In this document: one piece after another, positions 12,546 to 25,559 of the stretch
Layout: the number at the start of each line of letters is the position of its first letter
Numbering within the stretch: position 1 is the stretch's first letter
NCBI GenBank assembly: GCA_036785375.1
Contig: JAWMAR010000276.1
Coordinates: 372,001-436,000 of the forward strand
Direction of reading: 5' to 3'
DNA: 64,000 nt
Source of the DNA: Leucoraja ocellata
Lineage: Eukaryota
Program-made: the position numbers and the translations under genes
Notes under the pieces: model-generated
The model's input: the letters and a program-made list of their open reading frames with translations, nothing else
What the model was told of the DNA's origin: nothing
The model's database searches: none

Positions 12546-13704
12546 CTATTAAGTTGATACCTTTATTGATGATATTTTATTAAAAGTTGATTGAAGGGCT
12601 GGCGATATCCACAGTGGATAGCATTTTCTTGGACAGGACATACCCAGCCACATTTTTTGATTGTCAAGTAGATACTTGGTTGTAGATGTAATTAAACAAC
12701 TCAGCTGGAGACACCACTGGTTCCAAGGCACTCCAGCCAGATGAAACTTTTGCAGAGCCAACACTGTCAGCCATAGCCTGATATCACACGCAGTGAACTA
12801 AATTGGCTGAAGACTAGCCAACTAATGCTGGAATTGGTACACCAACCTCGTACTTCTGGCAAAAGCTGGGGATTTACAGTTTAAGTGCTGGTTTCCACCA
12901 GTGTTGTACACAGAGATACTCTTGGGGCCACCTCTTTGCATAAGTTGTTTGGCAGCCCACTTATTAATCTTCCAATGTCTTAGTTTTGTACTGCATGGGC
13001 AGAAGCAAATAACCACTCCTTCAACCAAGTCCCTGATGACGGAGTAATAAACAAAATAGTAAACAAGGCTGTAACACTGCTTTGGTTCTTTCTAATGGGG
13101 ACAAATACAACGTTTACATTTCTCCATCTTCCATAACTCGCCCATATGACAGATCATTCAACAGTGTTTCAGAATTATCCTCCTTATGTTTTAACTTGTG
13201 CTGGTGGGCGAAGCATACAAACGAGTAAACAGCTGACAAAAACTAGTAGCCAAGATTTCAGAAAAGTATTACTGATATGAAATCATTTATGAATGATAAG
13301 AGTTAAATAAAATAATGAAGTTCCTTAGGGCTCAGCTGGGCTCATTTGATAGCACTACTCTTGGATTATGTTTACCCCCTGCACGATTGTATAATCTGCT
13401 CTCAATTCCAATACATGCCTTGGAGAATGGTCTATTCTGAGGTTGCCATTCAATTGTTCGTCTGGGCATTTCATATACCGTAACAGCAATCAAATTAAGA
13501 ATAGGGATCTCTCTCAGTGTCTTCCAATATTCTTCCCTTAATGTCGACAAAACTGAGCTGCTTAATTTGTCGTCTTGTAACTGGAGTCAGCAACCTCTTG
13601 CTGTGAATAAAATGCCCAATGCTTGGTAATGTAGAATCCCATTTCAAAGCAATTTGTTGAAAGTGAAATGCTTCAGGAGGCATAATCAATTGAATGAGGG
13701 GGTT

Positions 13705-14262
13705 TAATTCTTTTTGATACAATTAAACTACATGGTCAAATTACAGACATAGATTTTTCAACACTTAATTGAGATAATACCCAAATTAATTTAGGAGTTG
13801 AAAGTGTGAGAAAATGTGGCTGTTAACTGTATGAAATTGGCTGGGTGTGTCTTGAACTAGGGTCAAAATTCCAAACTAAATTTAGTTGAAGTTCACTAAT
13901 ACCATTATTTCCTCAATTTGCACCATTTGCCGCTGGTTCTTGACAATCAAGCTTTAACATGTAGGATCGAGGGACATTAGTATAATGATAGTATGGTGAG
14001 GTACCATGAACAGTGATTCAGTTCAGAAAATCCTATTCTTACTATCCCCACCTCATAAGTACGTCACTAACCTGCTCCTCTGTCATTCATTTACGCCAAA
14101 AATAACTAGCACATAGTTCATCATATTTCAGAGAGTCTGGTATTTTATGAAATTATTTCATTATTCTGGTATGAAAAACATTTGAAGATGTAGAGATGAA
14201 ATAAAGGCATTAATCACCTTGTAATTCTTTTTGATACAATTAAACTACATGGTCAAATTACA
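13705..14262 (+). repeat. Exact 41-bp direct repeat pair (13705-13745 and 14222-14262)
   Basis: TAATTCTTTTTGATACAATTAAACTACATGGTCAAATTACA occurs twice, 517 bp apart. Confidence 0.9.
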
Positions 14263-15534
14263 CATAACTATCCGACTGTCTGGATGAAAATGATAAATAC
14301 AATAAAAAAAATTAAGAGAAGAGAAATTATTGTGCAGCATTTATAGCATCAATTTACAGTGTTTGCAATAGCCAGCAATCCAATAATATCACACTGAGTC
14401 AGTGTGGAGCCAGGGAATCATCTCACCCACGCATGTTGCACATAGGTAATCAAATCACATACACACAGACAAAAAAATGGATAATGTCAGACAAAAAAAA
14501 AGTATATTCACATTTTAGTGAATAATTAAAATTTAAACACCTCCAAATTAAGCATCTATATTTTACCAGGAAATATTGTTTGAACTTTAAACAAAAGAAA
14601 TACATTCCAAAACAGAACCAAACAGCTATTGCTATTACACTCTTAAACCAATCACCTCTTTCACATTCCTTCGTGGAGGTGCTGCCACGTACTGTTGATC
14701 TTAACTCTAACCCATTCAGTTATTCCATTATTTCACTTCAGGAATTTTTTGCACTACTTCAGATAGTTTGACGAGCTTTGCACCATTCTGCTGTTTGGCA
14801 TTTATTGCTGTGTCTTTCATGTATACTGTTCACTCTATGAGCTTCATGTGAACAAGGAATTTCATTGCACCCTTTCTCTGACAATAATCACATCTAGAGG
14901 AGATCATCAATGGAGGAGGCTGCTGAAGATCAATTTGGCAGAGAAGGGGAAGGATGTTTTGTACACACTTAAAAACCAAAAGCATACTGGAACCGAAACA
15001 TATGCACACATACATAGGAAAAGGCTTTCCGATTTTTACATGTGCACAACTTTTATTATGTTTTTTATTGCTTTTAATGCATATTCCTGAAACATATAGA
15101 TACTTTGCTGTTTATTCAATGGTGAAGTGTAGCAATCGTACTCTTGACAGAATTAGGAAGCACATGTGATCCATTTTGAGAAGAAGGGTCGGGATGGGGA
15201 GGGTGGTGTGGTTTAATACAGGTCCTCCCCAGGTAACAAACACCTGACATATGTAGAGCCTGCACATACAAAAGTGTGTTTGAATGAAAGACCAGCAGGA
15301 TGGATTTGACGGTTAATGCAGGGCTGTAGCCATTTCTGCCATGTGGGATCTTGGTTCATGGCAATACTATTGCAACTTGCCAAGAAATCTGAGTGGTTGA
15401 ATTAAACATCAAGGGTTAGCATTGACCTTGGTTGGCCTTTGATTTTATTCAAATATATTACTGGGTGGCCAGAGTTCTGACGTGAACTGCTCCGGTTACA
15501 ATTAGTTTTCAGGAACAGAACCCTATCGTAACCA

Positions 15535-15660
15535 CAGTCTGAAGAAGGATCCTGACCTGAATTGGTGCGTATCCATTCCCTCCATGGATGATGCTTGACA
15601 CACTGAGTTACTCCAGGACTGTGTTTTGCTCAAGATTCCAGCATCTTCAGTTACAACGGT
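15535..15660 (+). mobile_element. Older Penelope pLTR copy
   Basis: CAGTCTGAAGAAGGATCCTGACC...CTGAGTTACTCCAG...TTCCAGCATCTTCAGTT. Confidence 0.65.
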
Positions 15661-16187
15661 CTCCTGTCATAACTCAGAGCCTGGGATTTGTTCATTGCAG
15701 GAAAGTAACACCATTCACTGCTGATCCGGAAGGAATTCTAAACTAAGATCCAGCTCTGAGCATTGAGAAAGAACTCCCTTATTCTATGCAAGCTGCTGCC
15801 AGAAATCAGTTCAAAGGGAAATCTTAAATCCTGCCAGTTATCATGTGATCAAGCTGGCTGAGCACTCAATTACAGAATAATTCTGGCAGTCAGCCAATCA
15901 GAAAGGAAGGGATAAAACTTTTAATAAATGTTTTAACTATTTTACAAGGTACTAAATGAAGGTTGGAACATGCACATAAGATTCAGATGGAAATGTATAT
16001 GTTTTTTAAATCCTGTTTATGTTGCACCATTATTTTCAGTATTTGACGTAATACCAGAAGATTCAAGAACAGTTTCTTCCCCGCTGTTATCAGATTCTTG
16101 AATGGACCTCTCATCTGTTTGGGATGAATTCTAGGTCTTCCAATCTATCTGGATATGGCCCATGGAGTTGTATAAATCTGCACTTAC

Positions 16188-16280
16188 TGGAGAATCGAAG
16201 GTACACAAAAACGTTGCCTATTTCCTTCGCTCCATAGATGCTGCTGCATCTGCTGAGTTTCTCCAGCATTTTTGTGTACA
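16188..16280. mobile_element. Short fold-back Penelope pLTR insertion
   Basis: GAATCGAAGGTACACAAAA (antisense end) joined to AACGTTGCCTATTTCC...CAGCATTTTTGTGTAC. Confidence 0.7.
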
Positions 16281-16350
16281 CACAATATTCTGTATTCTGC
16301 TTATTTCCTCTTTTTCACTTCCTGATCTACTCTACTATGATTTCCTTGGA

Positions 16351-16450
16351 TAGTCTGAAGAAGGGTCTCGACCCGAAACGTTGCCTATTTCCTTCGCTCC
16401 ATAGATGCTGCCTCACCCGCTGAGTTTCTCCAGCATTTTTGTCTACCTCC
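16351..16450 (+). mobile_element. Penelope pLTR copy
   Basis: GTCTGAAGAAGGGTCTCGACCCGAAACGTTGCC...CAGCATTTTTGTCTACC, with TGGATAG on both flanks. Confidence 0.85.
16353..16386 (+). ncRNA. Minimal hammerhead ribozyme motif (best-preserved stem II)
   Basis: CUGAAGA (16355-16361), extra A, GGGU-CUCG-ACCC stem-loop, GAAAC-GUU. The palindromic ACGU helix III is typical of PLE minimal hammerheads. Confidence 0.65.
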
Positions 16451-16489
16451 GTGGATAGCATGCACGTTATATGGATAGCATGTACTGTC

Positions 16490-17090
16490 AGGGACCAACT
16501 GGGAGCTTCAACCGCAGGAGCTTCGATTGCCCCGATCGCGGGAGCCTCGATAGCCCTGTGGTGCGGGAGCTTCGATCGCCGACTGCGGGAGTTTCGAGCT
16601 CCCCGACTGTGGATGTTTCGATCGTCCCGACCGCGGGAGAAAAGGAGGAAGAAGGTAAAAGTTATTCGTCTTCCATCACAGTGAGGAGTGCGAGGTCACC
16701 GAAAGCAAGATGGATGCTGCCTGCGTTGGTGGGGACTCGGAGGGATTGCCGTGAGTGCAGTGGTCTCGGTGTTTGCGGGGGCGCCATGCCACGGGAGCAT
16801 CCTGAAGTCTGGTACGAGTGCGGATGGCTTTCTGACTGTTCATGCAGACAGGGGACTGCAGAGAGAGAGCGACAAGCAACTCTGGTCACATTACGGTGGA
16901 GTGTGTGTGTGTGGCCCGGACATTGGACTGATGTCTGTGCCTAGGGATTCTCACATGCCGCTGTGGTGGCTGTTTATGTTTGATTTTTATGTAATATTGT
17001 GTTTTGTTGCTTTTTTTGGTGTGACTGTATGGGAAATCAATCCATTGCACCTTAGGGTACATGTGACAATAAAGGACGACTGAACTATTG
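16490..17090 (+). mobile_element. GC-rich non-autonomous repeat (family copy B, 5'-truncated)
   Basis: Tandem GCGGGAGCTTCGAT-like subrepeats, TTCCATCACAGTGAGGA motif, tail GCACCTTAGGGTACATGTGACAATAAA. Confidence 0.65.
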
Positions 17091-20000
17091 AAATCAAAGT
17101 CTTTCATGTATCTCAGTACATGTGACAACAATAAACCAATACTGATACCGACATAAAGGAGTTTACTAAGCTTGTTAAAAACACACACCTCATTCAACAA
17201 AGCATAACAACACTTTTTTGGACAGCACTGGAAAAGTACAAACAGTGATATCAATAGAGTACATAGGAATCAACAACAGCAGTTTTGTTATTTCTCGTGT
17301 TAAACCATTATGGATGTTGACCTATACCTGGCTGTCAGTTTCACGGAATAATAATGGTGAAAACAGGTAGTTCCATCATCAGCACATCATATGATTTAGG
17401 CTAATATTTCATGTTTGATTTTATATCTTACATCGAACACTTCTGGAACAGAACTCTAAGATACCAAGTTTGAATTTATGGGATAAAAGGAGTTATTTCG
17501 AGGAGGGAAGCCAACTAATTAGGTGGTATCGATAATATATTGCGTGCAAACCTGCAAAGAAAATAAGTCTAGATGATCTAACCGCCTATCAGTAAAAGCA
17601 GCGAGCTTTAAAGTTGATAGAAAAAGGAATATTTCCATTCAAATGCAATAAACATTTGGAAAAAAACACAAGGATACAGATACAAAATACAATCTGATAA
17701 TTCAAAATGCAATCAAATTTCTCTCAATTGTTAACCAGAATCATCGAATGCATCAAGAAGATGCTTATGGTGCTACTGCCTGACAAACCTCTCCTTGATT
17801 ATATGCTGTAATGGAGATTGGAAAGATTATATGATGAGGATAATCAAATGTTGAGCAGCCAAGTGCGTTATGACATCTCACTCCAATATTTTAGTTTTAC
17901 AGTGCAGTTCTCAATAACTGCAGATTGTGATATTCACACATGCTTTCCAATGTGGTTTAGATCCAAAAGACACTTGCAAGATCCAAAATCTCCCGATAGC
18001 TGCCCAGGCATGACCTACTGCAGTGTCGTCTACAGAGTGGAACAGCCCGGCAAAGAGGCCACAGGTGGGAAAACATGACTACCTTGATGGCCTTCTGATA
18101 CCATGAGCTGTCAAAAGCCTTTCCAATTGTTTCAACATGTCGCCATTGAAATAGATTCAATTTAGAGAGAGTCATTTTTTTTTTTAAATTAAAACAATTT
18201 TTAAAACACGTTATCTGATGTATATCAATTAAAACATTATTAAATAAAGAGGAAACTCATTACCTATTCAATACAGATTAGTGACTCCATTCAAATGAAT
18301 GGGGCCATGTTAAATATGGGAAATACTGTTGATATAAAGCTCAGGGGCCAGACACAAATGTTGGGCTCCTTAGCTCAAGATAATCTGGAAGCAGTGGGGT
18401 GTCCAGAGGTGGAATGAATGGGCAGATATGCAGATATGTGACCTCCCATGCATTCATCACTTGCACGCACCAATGCACAGTCTTGCAAGACATAAACTTG
18501 CTCATCCATGAGGAGCACCTTGCCAGTGGTATTCTGCAGAACAATGGGCAAGAGAGGTATATATTTCAGACTGCTAATGTCATTTCTCTTGCAACGGATA
18601 CGCTGTCTGACTTACTTTTAACTATGTGTCTTTCTTTCAGATCAATGAGACACAGTGCCTGATGTTCATATTTAAATAATATATAACACAACGCTGACTC
18701 TCGTGTGACAACTGCCAGTGTGGCAAGAGACCCATAATGATCAAGAAATGTGAACCAAACCCAGGATAAATCTAGACCGCAAGGTGTGTTGACAATGGCT
18801 GAGTATTGGGAAATGAAAAGGGCCAAGGATAAATTTAAATGTGACCATACACACATTCTATGAGTAGTTTTTTTAACTTTAGTAATTTATTTAGCAAAAT
18901 ATTGCAACCAATGAATAATTAAACAGTGATTTTTTTCCCTTAAATTTAATAAGCATGGCTCATAATAAACCAGAGGCACTGAAGAACTGTATTCAGTATT
19001 CATAAGAATGTGGATACATTCTTATTTATAAAAGAAAATGCATGGTCAAAAGCAGCAAAATCATTTACTTTTATTTTAAAATGCCACTGTGCAATGTTAT
19101 TGCGTAAAGCAGAGATTCCTGAATAGTATTTTCAAATTAGGACAGAGCAGACAATTGGCAAAAACGATGAGCTGCACAGCAGTTAGTCCATGCAGTAAAG
19201 CAGCCTTCTAAAACCATCCAAGTACTTCAGAACCCAGTTATTCAAAAACTCATAATGGAAGTTCAATACTCTGAAGTGATTACTGGGCAATAATTGGGTG
19301 AAGGGATCAGTAGACAGGAGGAAGACCTTGTGCATGTACAAATCTAAAAGGAGTGATCATCAAAAGGAACCAGTTTTATTCCTAGAATAAATTGGTCAGA
19401 CTCACATTAGGGAATATGGCCTTGCCCATAATTTGAATCAGCTCTTCTGCTGAGAATAGCCATGGTAACCATTCCCCATACTACTTGCCAATGTCTTCTA
19501 GATTGGAAGTGTGTACCTCGTAGTTCAGTGGCTCATGATACTTAAATGTCTGGGTAAATAGAACGGAGGGCTGGCAATGAACAAGGGAAGTCCAAAACGG
19601 ATGTACTACTTACCAATTCTATTTTGTGCACTAGTCATAGGGGGTTGGATTATAAGCCTGTGCTATTGGGTTGATGAACTGTTTTTTTTATACTAGGGAA
19701 CTATATATGTATATATTGGTTTGTATGAACCCTGCTTGGGAGGAAAAGTCTACAACTACTTTTGCACTTTGGGATTGGAAATACAGTTATAAGTAAACAT
19801 CTCATTGACAGAAGCCAGGGAGAAAGATTATTTAAGAAGTGTACTCTAGGATTCAAATTGCTTTTGAGTTCCGTATCCCCAACCCACCTCATATCCAACT
19901 TCACCATCACTTGTTTTAGTATTCCACTGGTACCAGGAGCCGATAAAACAAAATTTCTTCATACCAGAAACCTTTCACTCTTCTGGCCTCAATGCTGAAT

Positions 20001-21189
20001 TGATGTAGTTGAGATCTTACTCAGATTTGCTAGGTCAGCAGCTGCTGCTAGTGTCGGCGAAACACACGAGCATTTCTGACAATGCACCAGGGGTAAGTTG
20101 ATCGGCTAGTCATGTGATCTGCATTCCCGGTGTTCAGCCATCATTGTCTTCCATGCCATTCTTGGGGCATTGGAGTCCTATACTTTTTCACGTTTTCCAT
20201 GCTTTCCTTATTTGCTATTTGTTGTCATTTACATAACTTCCAGCTGGTAGATTTTTCCTTCACTCTGGTATTTTGTAGTGTTATTTTCTCTTTCTGTTTA
20301 CACCGTAATGGCTTCTAACACTCGAGTCCTCAAACTAATTATAAAACATTTACCCTCGGCTCAACAATCTGACATTTTGCTTTCTCCCTGGTTTCTGGAG
20401 AGCTCCCTTTATACCGTCAACTGTTTCTGACAACATCTGCAGTATATTGCTTACTGCACTGTTTGCTGTCTCCTCACACTAGACTCCCCCATGTTGACCC
20501 ATCCAAAGGATTTTATCATCTCTCCACAGAAAAGCCCGATTGTCTAAGCTGAATATTCCTAATGTTTTCAATATTCTTGAATATTTTTACACTTTCTAAA
20601 GTGGTTCAATTCCAGAAGCAGACATAATAGTGATACTGTCAATAACTATGGCTTGTCAGTCTGCATCTTTGAAGTAAAAAATAAAGATAATGTCTCAGGC
20701 TGGTAACTTTTCATCAGAGCTAATATTTTTCTAATAATATCCAATTTAGACATGCCATCTCCACCTAAATTGCCTGACCTACCAAGTTTATATAATATTT
20801 TGTCTTATTCTTCAATGTGGGGTGGGAACCAATCCAAACTCCTAGGAAGCTTTAACCAAGGTTGTTAACATTTCATTCCTGGATGTTTAATCTATTTCCC
20901 AAAAAGTGAGCTCCCATAGGAGAGCAAACAAAAGCCAGTACCAGTACTTTATTCATGCAAATTTTGTTTCTGTGATTTAGATCCCCTTTCCTCCTTATTC
21001 ACATAACTTTTCATAAATTCCAAGGAATCAATGATGTCCTTTTTCATCTCCCCTTCTTAACACTCCACATCTCCCATTCATGTTAGATTGAAAACAATGA
21101 GGTGATAATTTCAACCTGTGTAAAGCAAGCAGCTGGCACCCAGTTCTGAGTCTTACTGCCATAGAATCTATTCATCAGCAACAGCCTTG

Positions 21190-22100
21190 GAAGAAAGGGG
21201 CAGGGGAAGGGGGAGGAAGTTTTGGGAGTGAGGTTAGGTAGCTGACAGTTGAGGTAGATGGGAAGGAGAGAGTGAGATTGACTGAGACAAGAGAGACAAT
21301 ATGCATGAGCGGAGTGGAAGGGAGGCAAAAAGAGAGAGGGAAGGAGAGAGGAGTGGAGGAGAGACAGGGGAACAATATCGGTAGTGAGTGGAGAACAGTA
21401 ACAGCCGAACACGTTGGCAGGAGAAGAGGGTGTGCAGGATCAATCGAGGGGTGTGAGGTCATCACATAAAGGGCCTGTCCCACTTTACGAGGTAATTCAC
21501 AAATTTTCATGAGTTATTCATGAATTTTTCCGAGTTTTCCCCCTTGATTCAAACTCGCAGAATGTGCGTAACGGGTCCGTAGGAGTTTGTAGATATATCG
21601 TAGTGGCTCGTTATGCCAGCCTTAGGCACTCGGGGCATCAGGTAAGCCAGGACGTTTTTTCGAGCCTGATAGAAAATGTCCACGAGTAAAAAAAGTCAGG
21701 AGGATGCCTTACTGCAGGTTTACAATATATCCACAGACTCCTACGGCCTCCTGCGAGTTTGAATCAAGGGGAAAACTCGGGAGAATTTGTGAATTACTTC
21801 GTAAAGTGGGACAGGCCCTTAAAAAGGGGCAGTGAGCAGCCATAATATAAAAGTGGATGGGGGGGGGGGGGGAGAGAAAGGAAAAGGGGGAGGTGATGGC
21901 GACCAGACGAAAGGGAGGATGGAGAGCCAACCAGGAGAACACAGGAGAAAAGGCCAAAGCCAACCAGGAGAAAAACGGAAGGTGATGGGAACCAGGAGAA
22001 AAAGGTGGGCGCAGCCAGTAGAAAGGAAGGCGGATGCGGTGCCAGGATATGGCAGTAGGTGTGTTGGGGAAAGTGAGGAGGTGAGGTACAAGATACATAT
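21190..22100 (+). repeat. Purine-rich low-complexity tract interrupted by a MITE
   Basis: GA-rich strand, long G run near 21858-21872, four CAGGAGAA-type units at ~21930-22000. Confidence 0.6.
21470..21819. mobile_element. PIF/Harbinger-like MITE
   Basis: TIRs AGGGCCTGTCCCACTTTACGA and TCGTAAAGTGGGACAGGCCCT, long internal inverted arms, TAA on both flanks. Confidence 0.9.
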
Positions 22101-23899
22101 CTCTGCAGCTTACGGCTCACATATACATCCTGGCACTTTTAAATGCCTTTAGGGTCCAACAACTGCTCCTGCCTTCATCTCTAATCCTTCCATCAATTAT
22201 GTTAAATTACTTAATTTCCAATTAGATTTTTGATTCGGTTTCCATTTCAAGGTATCTTTTCCACAATTAAATGAAGAACAGCTGCTGTAACCATTCATGA
22301 CTAAGAGCACACTTTTTTTTCCCCACTGTTTGGGATTCTCTCGTCAGACTAGCTCAGAAGTGCTATCCAAATCTGTATTTTAAGCCTTCATCTGAATTTT
22401 TAAACTGCGACTACTAAGTGTGGCCATTCGCAAGCCTGAATCTTATGTTAAATAAACACACATAACCTCAAATGCTCGTCATTCGGCCACCCAGGGATAG
22501 ATAATATCGCACCAACATTCCAATCCCAGACTAAAACTACATCAACTCTGATTTAAGTGTTAATCAGGCCTGATCAAGCATAGCTTCTCAGATGGGAAAT
22601 TTGCATAGTAGTGAGGCTACATACTGATAGCAATCGTGCCTAGAAGAAAGCCCATCTCTGGCCATCACATCTTGATGCTGGCATCTCTAATGGTCCTCTC
22701 AAACCTGCCTGTTTCCAATTATACCACTGCTGCTTCCCTTGCTATTAAGAACAACTAGCTCACAGCAGAAATCTGGTTCCACTGAAATAAGTGCCATTAA
22801 AATCTGTGCTCAAAACAAGCTCACCAAGAGCTGTGTTGATTAGAAACCCTTGTCCAGTTTGATTGAGGTAACGTTGTATTGCGGAACATTAGGAGGTAAA
22901 CAAATCATGCAGTGAGGTAGAGGATGAAATTTAATTGTAGATTTCAAATATCGTCAGATAACTTGATTGTAACGCAAGAGCGCTTCATAAATCCAAATCC
23001 CTGATTAGATTTCACTGCAATTCTCTTCCAGATATTCCATTAATCGAGCAAACACAAATTGTGTAATTTCAAGTAGCAGACTTCCCTGAATAAACAGTTA
23101 CAATGTCAGCACGCTTCTGAATGGAAGCAGAGGCTGAAGCAGTTCTTGGAGGGTTAAAACTCACTGAAGTGGTAAAGCCCTGGAACCACCCTCCTACAAA
23201 AGGTTTTACGGTGTCCTTCATCTTTCAATCATTTCTGTAATAATCAGTGATGTCAAAGGAGCTGTTTATGCCTCTCAACCACCTCACAGTTATTTAACAT
23301 TCCAGATGAGGTTTGTGATGATGAAACATTTTACATTTACTTTCATCAGTGCAACACCGCCTACTCAGCTTCAAACACATCTCCCCTTTCTGGACAATCC
23401 TAAATAACTATTGTACAGCAATAAGCATCCTGTTAATGGAATGAAATGTCACAGGAACAAATGCAATTCAGAAGCACTCTTCTCATTCACAACGAGATGA
23501 ATTTGGCAAATCCAGCTATACCACTGTGACAGAATGATATTCATTGCAAGAGGCAAGTATATGGAAGATTTGGTCAGAAGGTGGAGGACTTTTATTGCCC
23601 TCCATTTTGCAAGGCAACTAACAATTCCAGCTCAAATACTGATTGTAATTACTTTATACAAGGCTGAGCAGAAATGAGAAAGTCGGAGAGCAAATGGCAA
23701 TAAACGCGAGGTCAGCTTAATTTTGAAACTGAGTATCTTGACAACCAAAGGCCGGAGTTAGTTACAGACTAGTCATGAACTATCTTTAGAAGTTTAAAAG
23801 CTTACTCCTATTCCTCTGGCAGAAGTAAGGAGAAAAGAGTATGCCAGGGAGGCATAAGAGCAAGAAGGCACTGCGGTTGTTTGGTCCAGACTGTGGAGT

Positions 23900-24690
23900 T
23901 ATACAGTACACAAACAGGCCGTCCAGACTAACTCGTCCATACTGACCAAGATGTCTATCTGAGCTCGTCCCATGTTCCTGCATTTGGCCCATTAACCTTT
24001 CCTATCCATATACCTTTCACCTTAGTTTTCAAACCCTTTAGTTTTAGGCTCATCGATCTTTAAAAACAGTGTCCATCCACCTTATCTACATACCTCGTGA
24101 TTTATATAGCGTAATCAGGTCACCAATCAACCTCCTGCACTCCGGGGGAGAAAATCCCAGCCTATCCAGCCTCTCCTTATAATTAAGTCCTCCAAGACTA
24201 GTTAACATTCCTTTGAATCTTCATCATCCTTTTCAGCCTAATGACATCCTTCCAACACCTGGACAACCAAAACTGTGCACAATACTCCAAGACACGTCTA
24301 ACCAATGACTTGTACTGTTGCAACATTATGCCCCAATTCCTACAGGCAATGCATTGACTGATGATGTGCATCTCGGGTGGGCCTTGTTCACCACCATCCA
24401 TCTGTGCCATCACTTTCAGGGGACTATGTTCTTGTCTTCCAAAGTCTCTCTGTCCTACAATACGCTGCAGGGCCCGATCATATATTGTACAAGTACTGCT
24501 CTGGTTAAATTCACTAAAATGTAACACTCGCACTTATCCAAGTTGAATTCTATTTGCCATTCCTTAGTCCATTCCTCCAGTTTATCTAGATGCTCTTGTA
24601 ATCTCAGATAACCCTCTTCACATTACCAATTTTTGTGTCAGCCACAAGTTTACCAACCATGTTAACAATATCATAAAAATTGTTAACACA
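23900..24690 (-). mobile_element. CR1 LINE 3' fragment
   Basis: ORF 24198-24533 contains YKSLVRRVLEYCAQFW...KDVIRL. CR1 3' terminus near 23900-23950. Confidence 0.85.
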
Positions 24691-25559
24691 GACTATAACC
24701 TACTGTTATCTGGAGGAGACAAGGACCACAACAAATGAAGTAACAAGTTAACGAGCATCATTCTATTTAAATGGAAGGAATATCAATCTCAATTGGTAGC
24801 AATCTAATGCCTTTCACATCCTTAGGATTTCTCAAAACACTTTCACATGCACTTAGTTATTTTGGTGTATAGTCATCATTCTTCTAAAGGCAGAGATCAG
24901 TTAACCTATTGGTCGTGTTTTTTTCCCCCTGCTTATTTCACTCAGTATTTGAATGGGAATTATTGTTTTGCTTCTTTCTATGATTGGTGCAATAATAAAA
25001 TGGCAAAAAAGATGAAAATCAGCATAAACAACCATGTGAAATTCTAGTTGCACTGATATTATTTGATGTTTGAAGCTCTGGTACATCTTGCAAGACTGAC
25101 TCCCAAAAAGCACTCTTGGGAAAACACATGCCTTTTTAATACAGGCACATCTAACAATCAGCCTTTATGGCTCCAAGCGCTATTAGCACTGGAAAAATTC
25201 ACTCCCTGACATTGTGAAAGGACAAAACCAGTGTGATAGAGTCACTTTCCAACAGTGAAGTGTGTACTACAAACTTTTTTAATCCCTCCCACACTGCCCA
25301 GAAAAACGCAGATGTACACTGACATGTGATCTTGCCCATGCAGTAAGTCGCAAACATAATTCAAGTTGACACTGAGACAATTCAGCCTTGGAAGGAATCG
25401 CAACTCAATCTGTATTAAAAGCTGAAAATCGTGTTTTCTTCCCTCCTGTTGCAGCAGTTGTTAAAAATTGCAATATTTGAAAGTGGTTGGTGTGCAGAAA
25501 GAACTATGTGCCCATATACCCAAATCATTTAAAATTAACTTGTAGGTGTAGAAAGCAAT

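Larger units (their letters stand above)
16050..17150 (+). mobile_element. Old Rex1-like LINE 3' end hosting three nested insertions
   Basis: AGATTCAAGAACAGTTTCTTCCCCGCTGTTATCAGA (RFKNSFFPAVIR; compare Rex1 [13 protein letters not shown]). Tail GTACATGTGACAACAATAAA at 17116-17135. Confidence 0.6.

Noticed and set aside
15218-15680. Possible old Tigger/pogo-like MITE starting TACAGGTCCTCCCC
   Set aside because: Right TIR too decayed to confirm by eye.
16500-16640. Short repeats with variable spacers, superficially CRISPR-like
   Set aside because: Degenerate ~20-bp tandem subrepeats in a eukaryotic retro-repeat; no constant repeat/spacer structure and no cas genes.
16471-17083. Overlapping 130-157 aa ORFs
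   Set aside because: They lie in a GC-rich repeat where stop codons are scarce; no protein family is recognisable.
23166-23194. Possible 29-nt minus-strand microexon (TTTTGTAG...GTGAGT); a similar one at ~48695-48727
   Set aside because: Short polypyrimidine tracts, no recognisable peptide; expected by chance.
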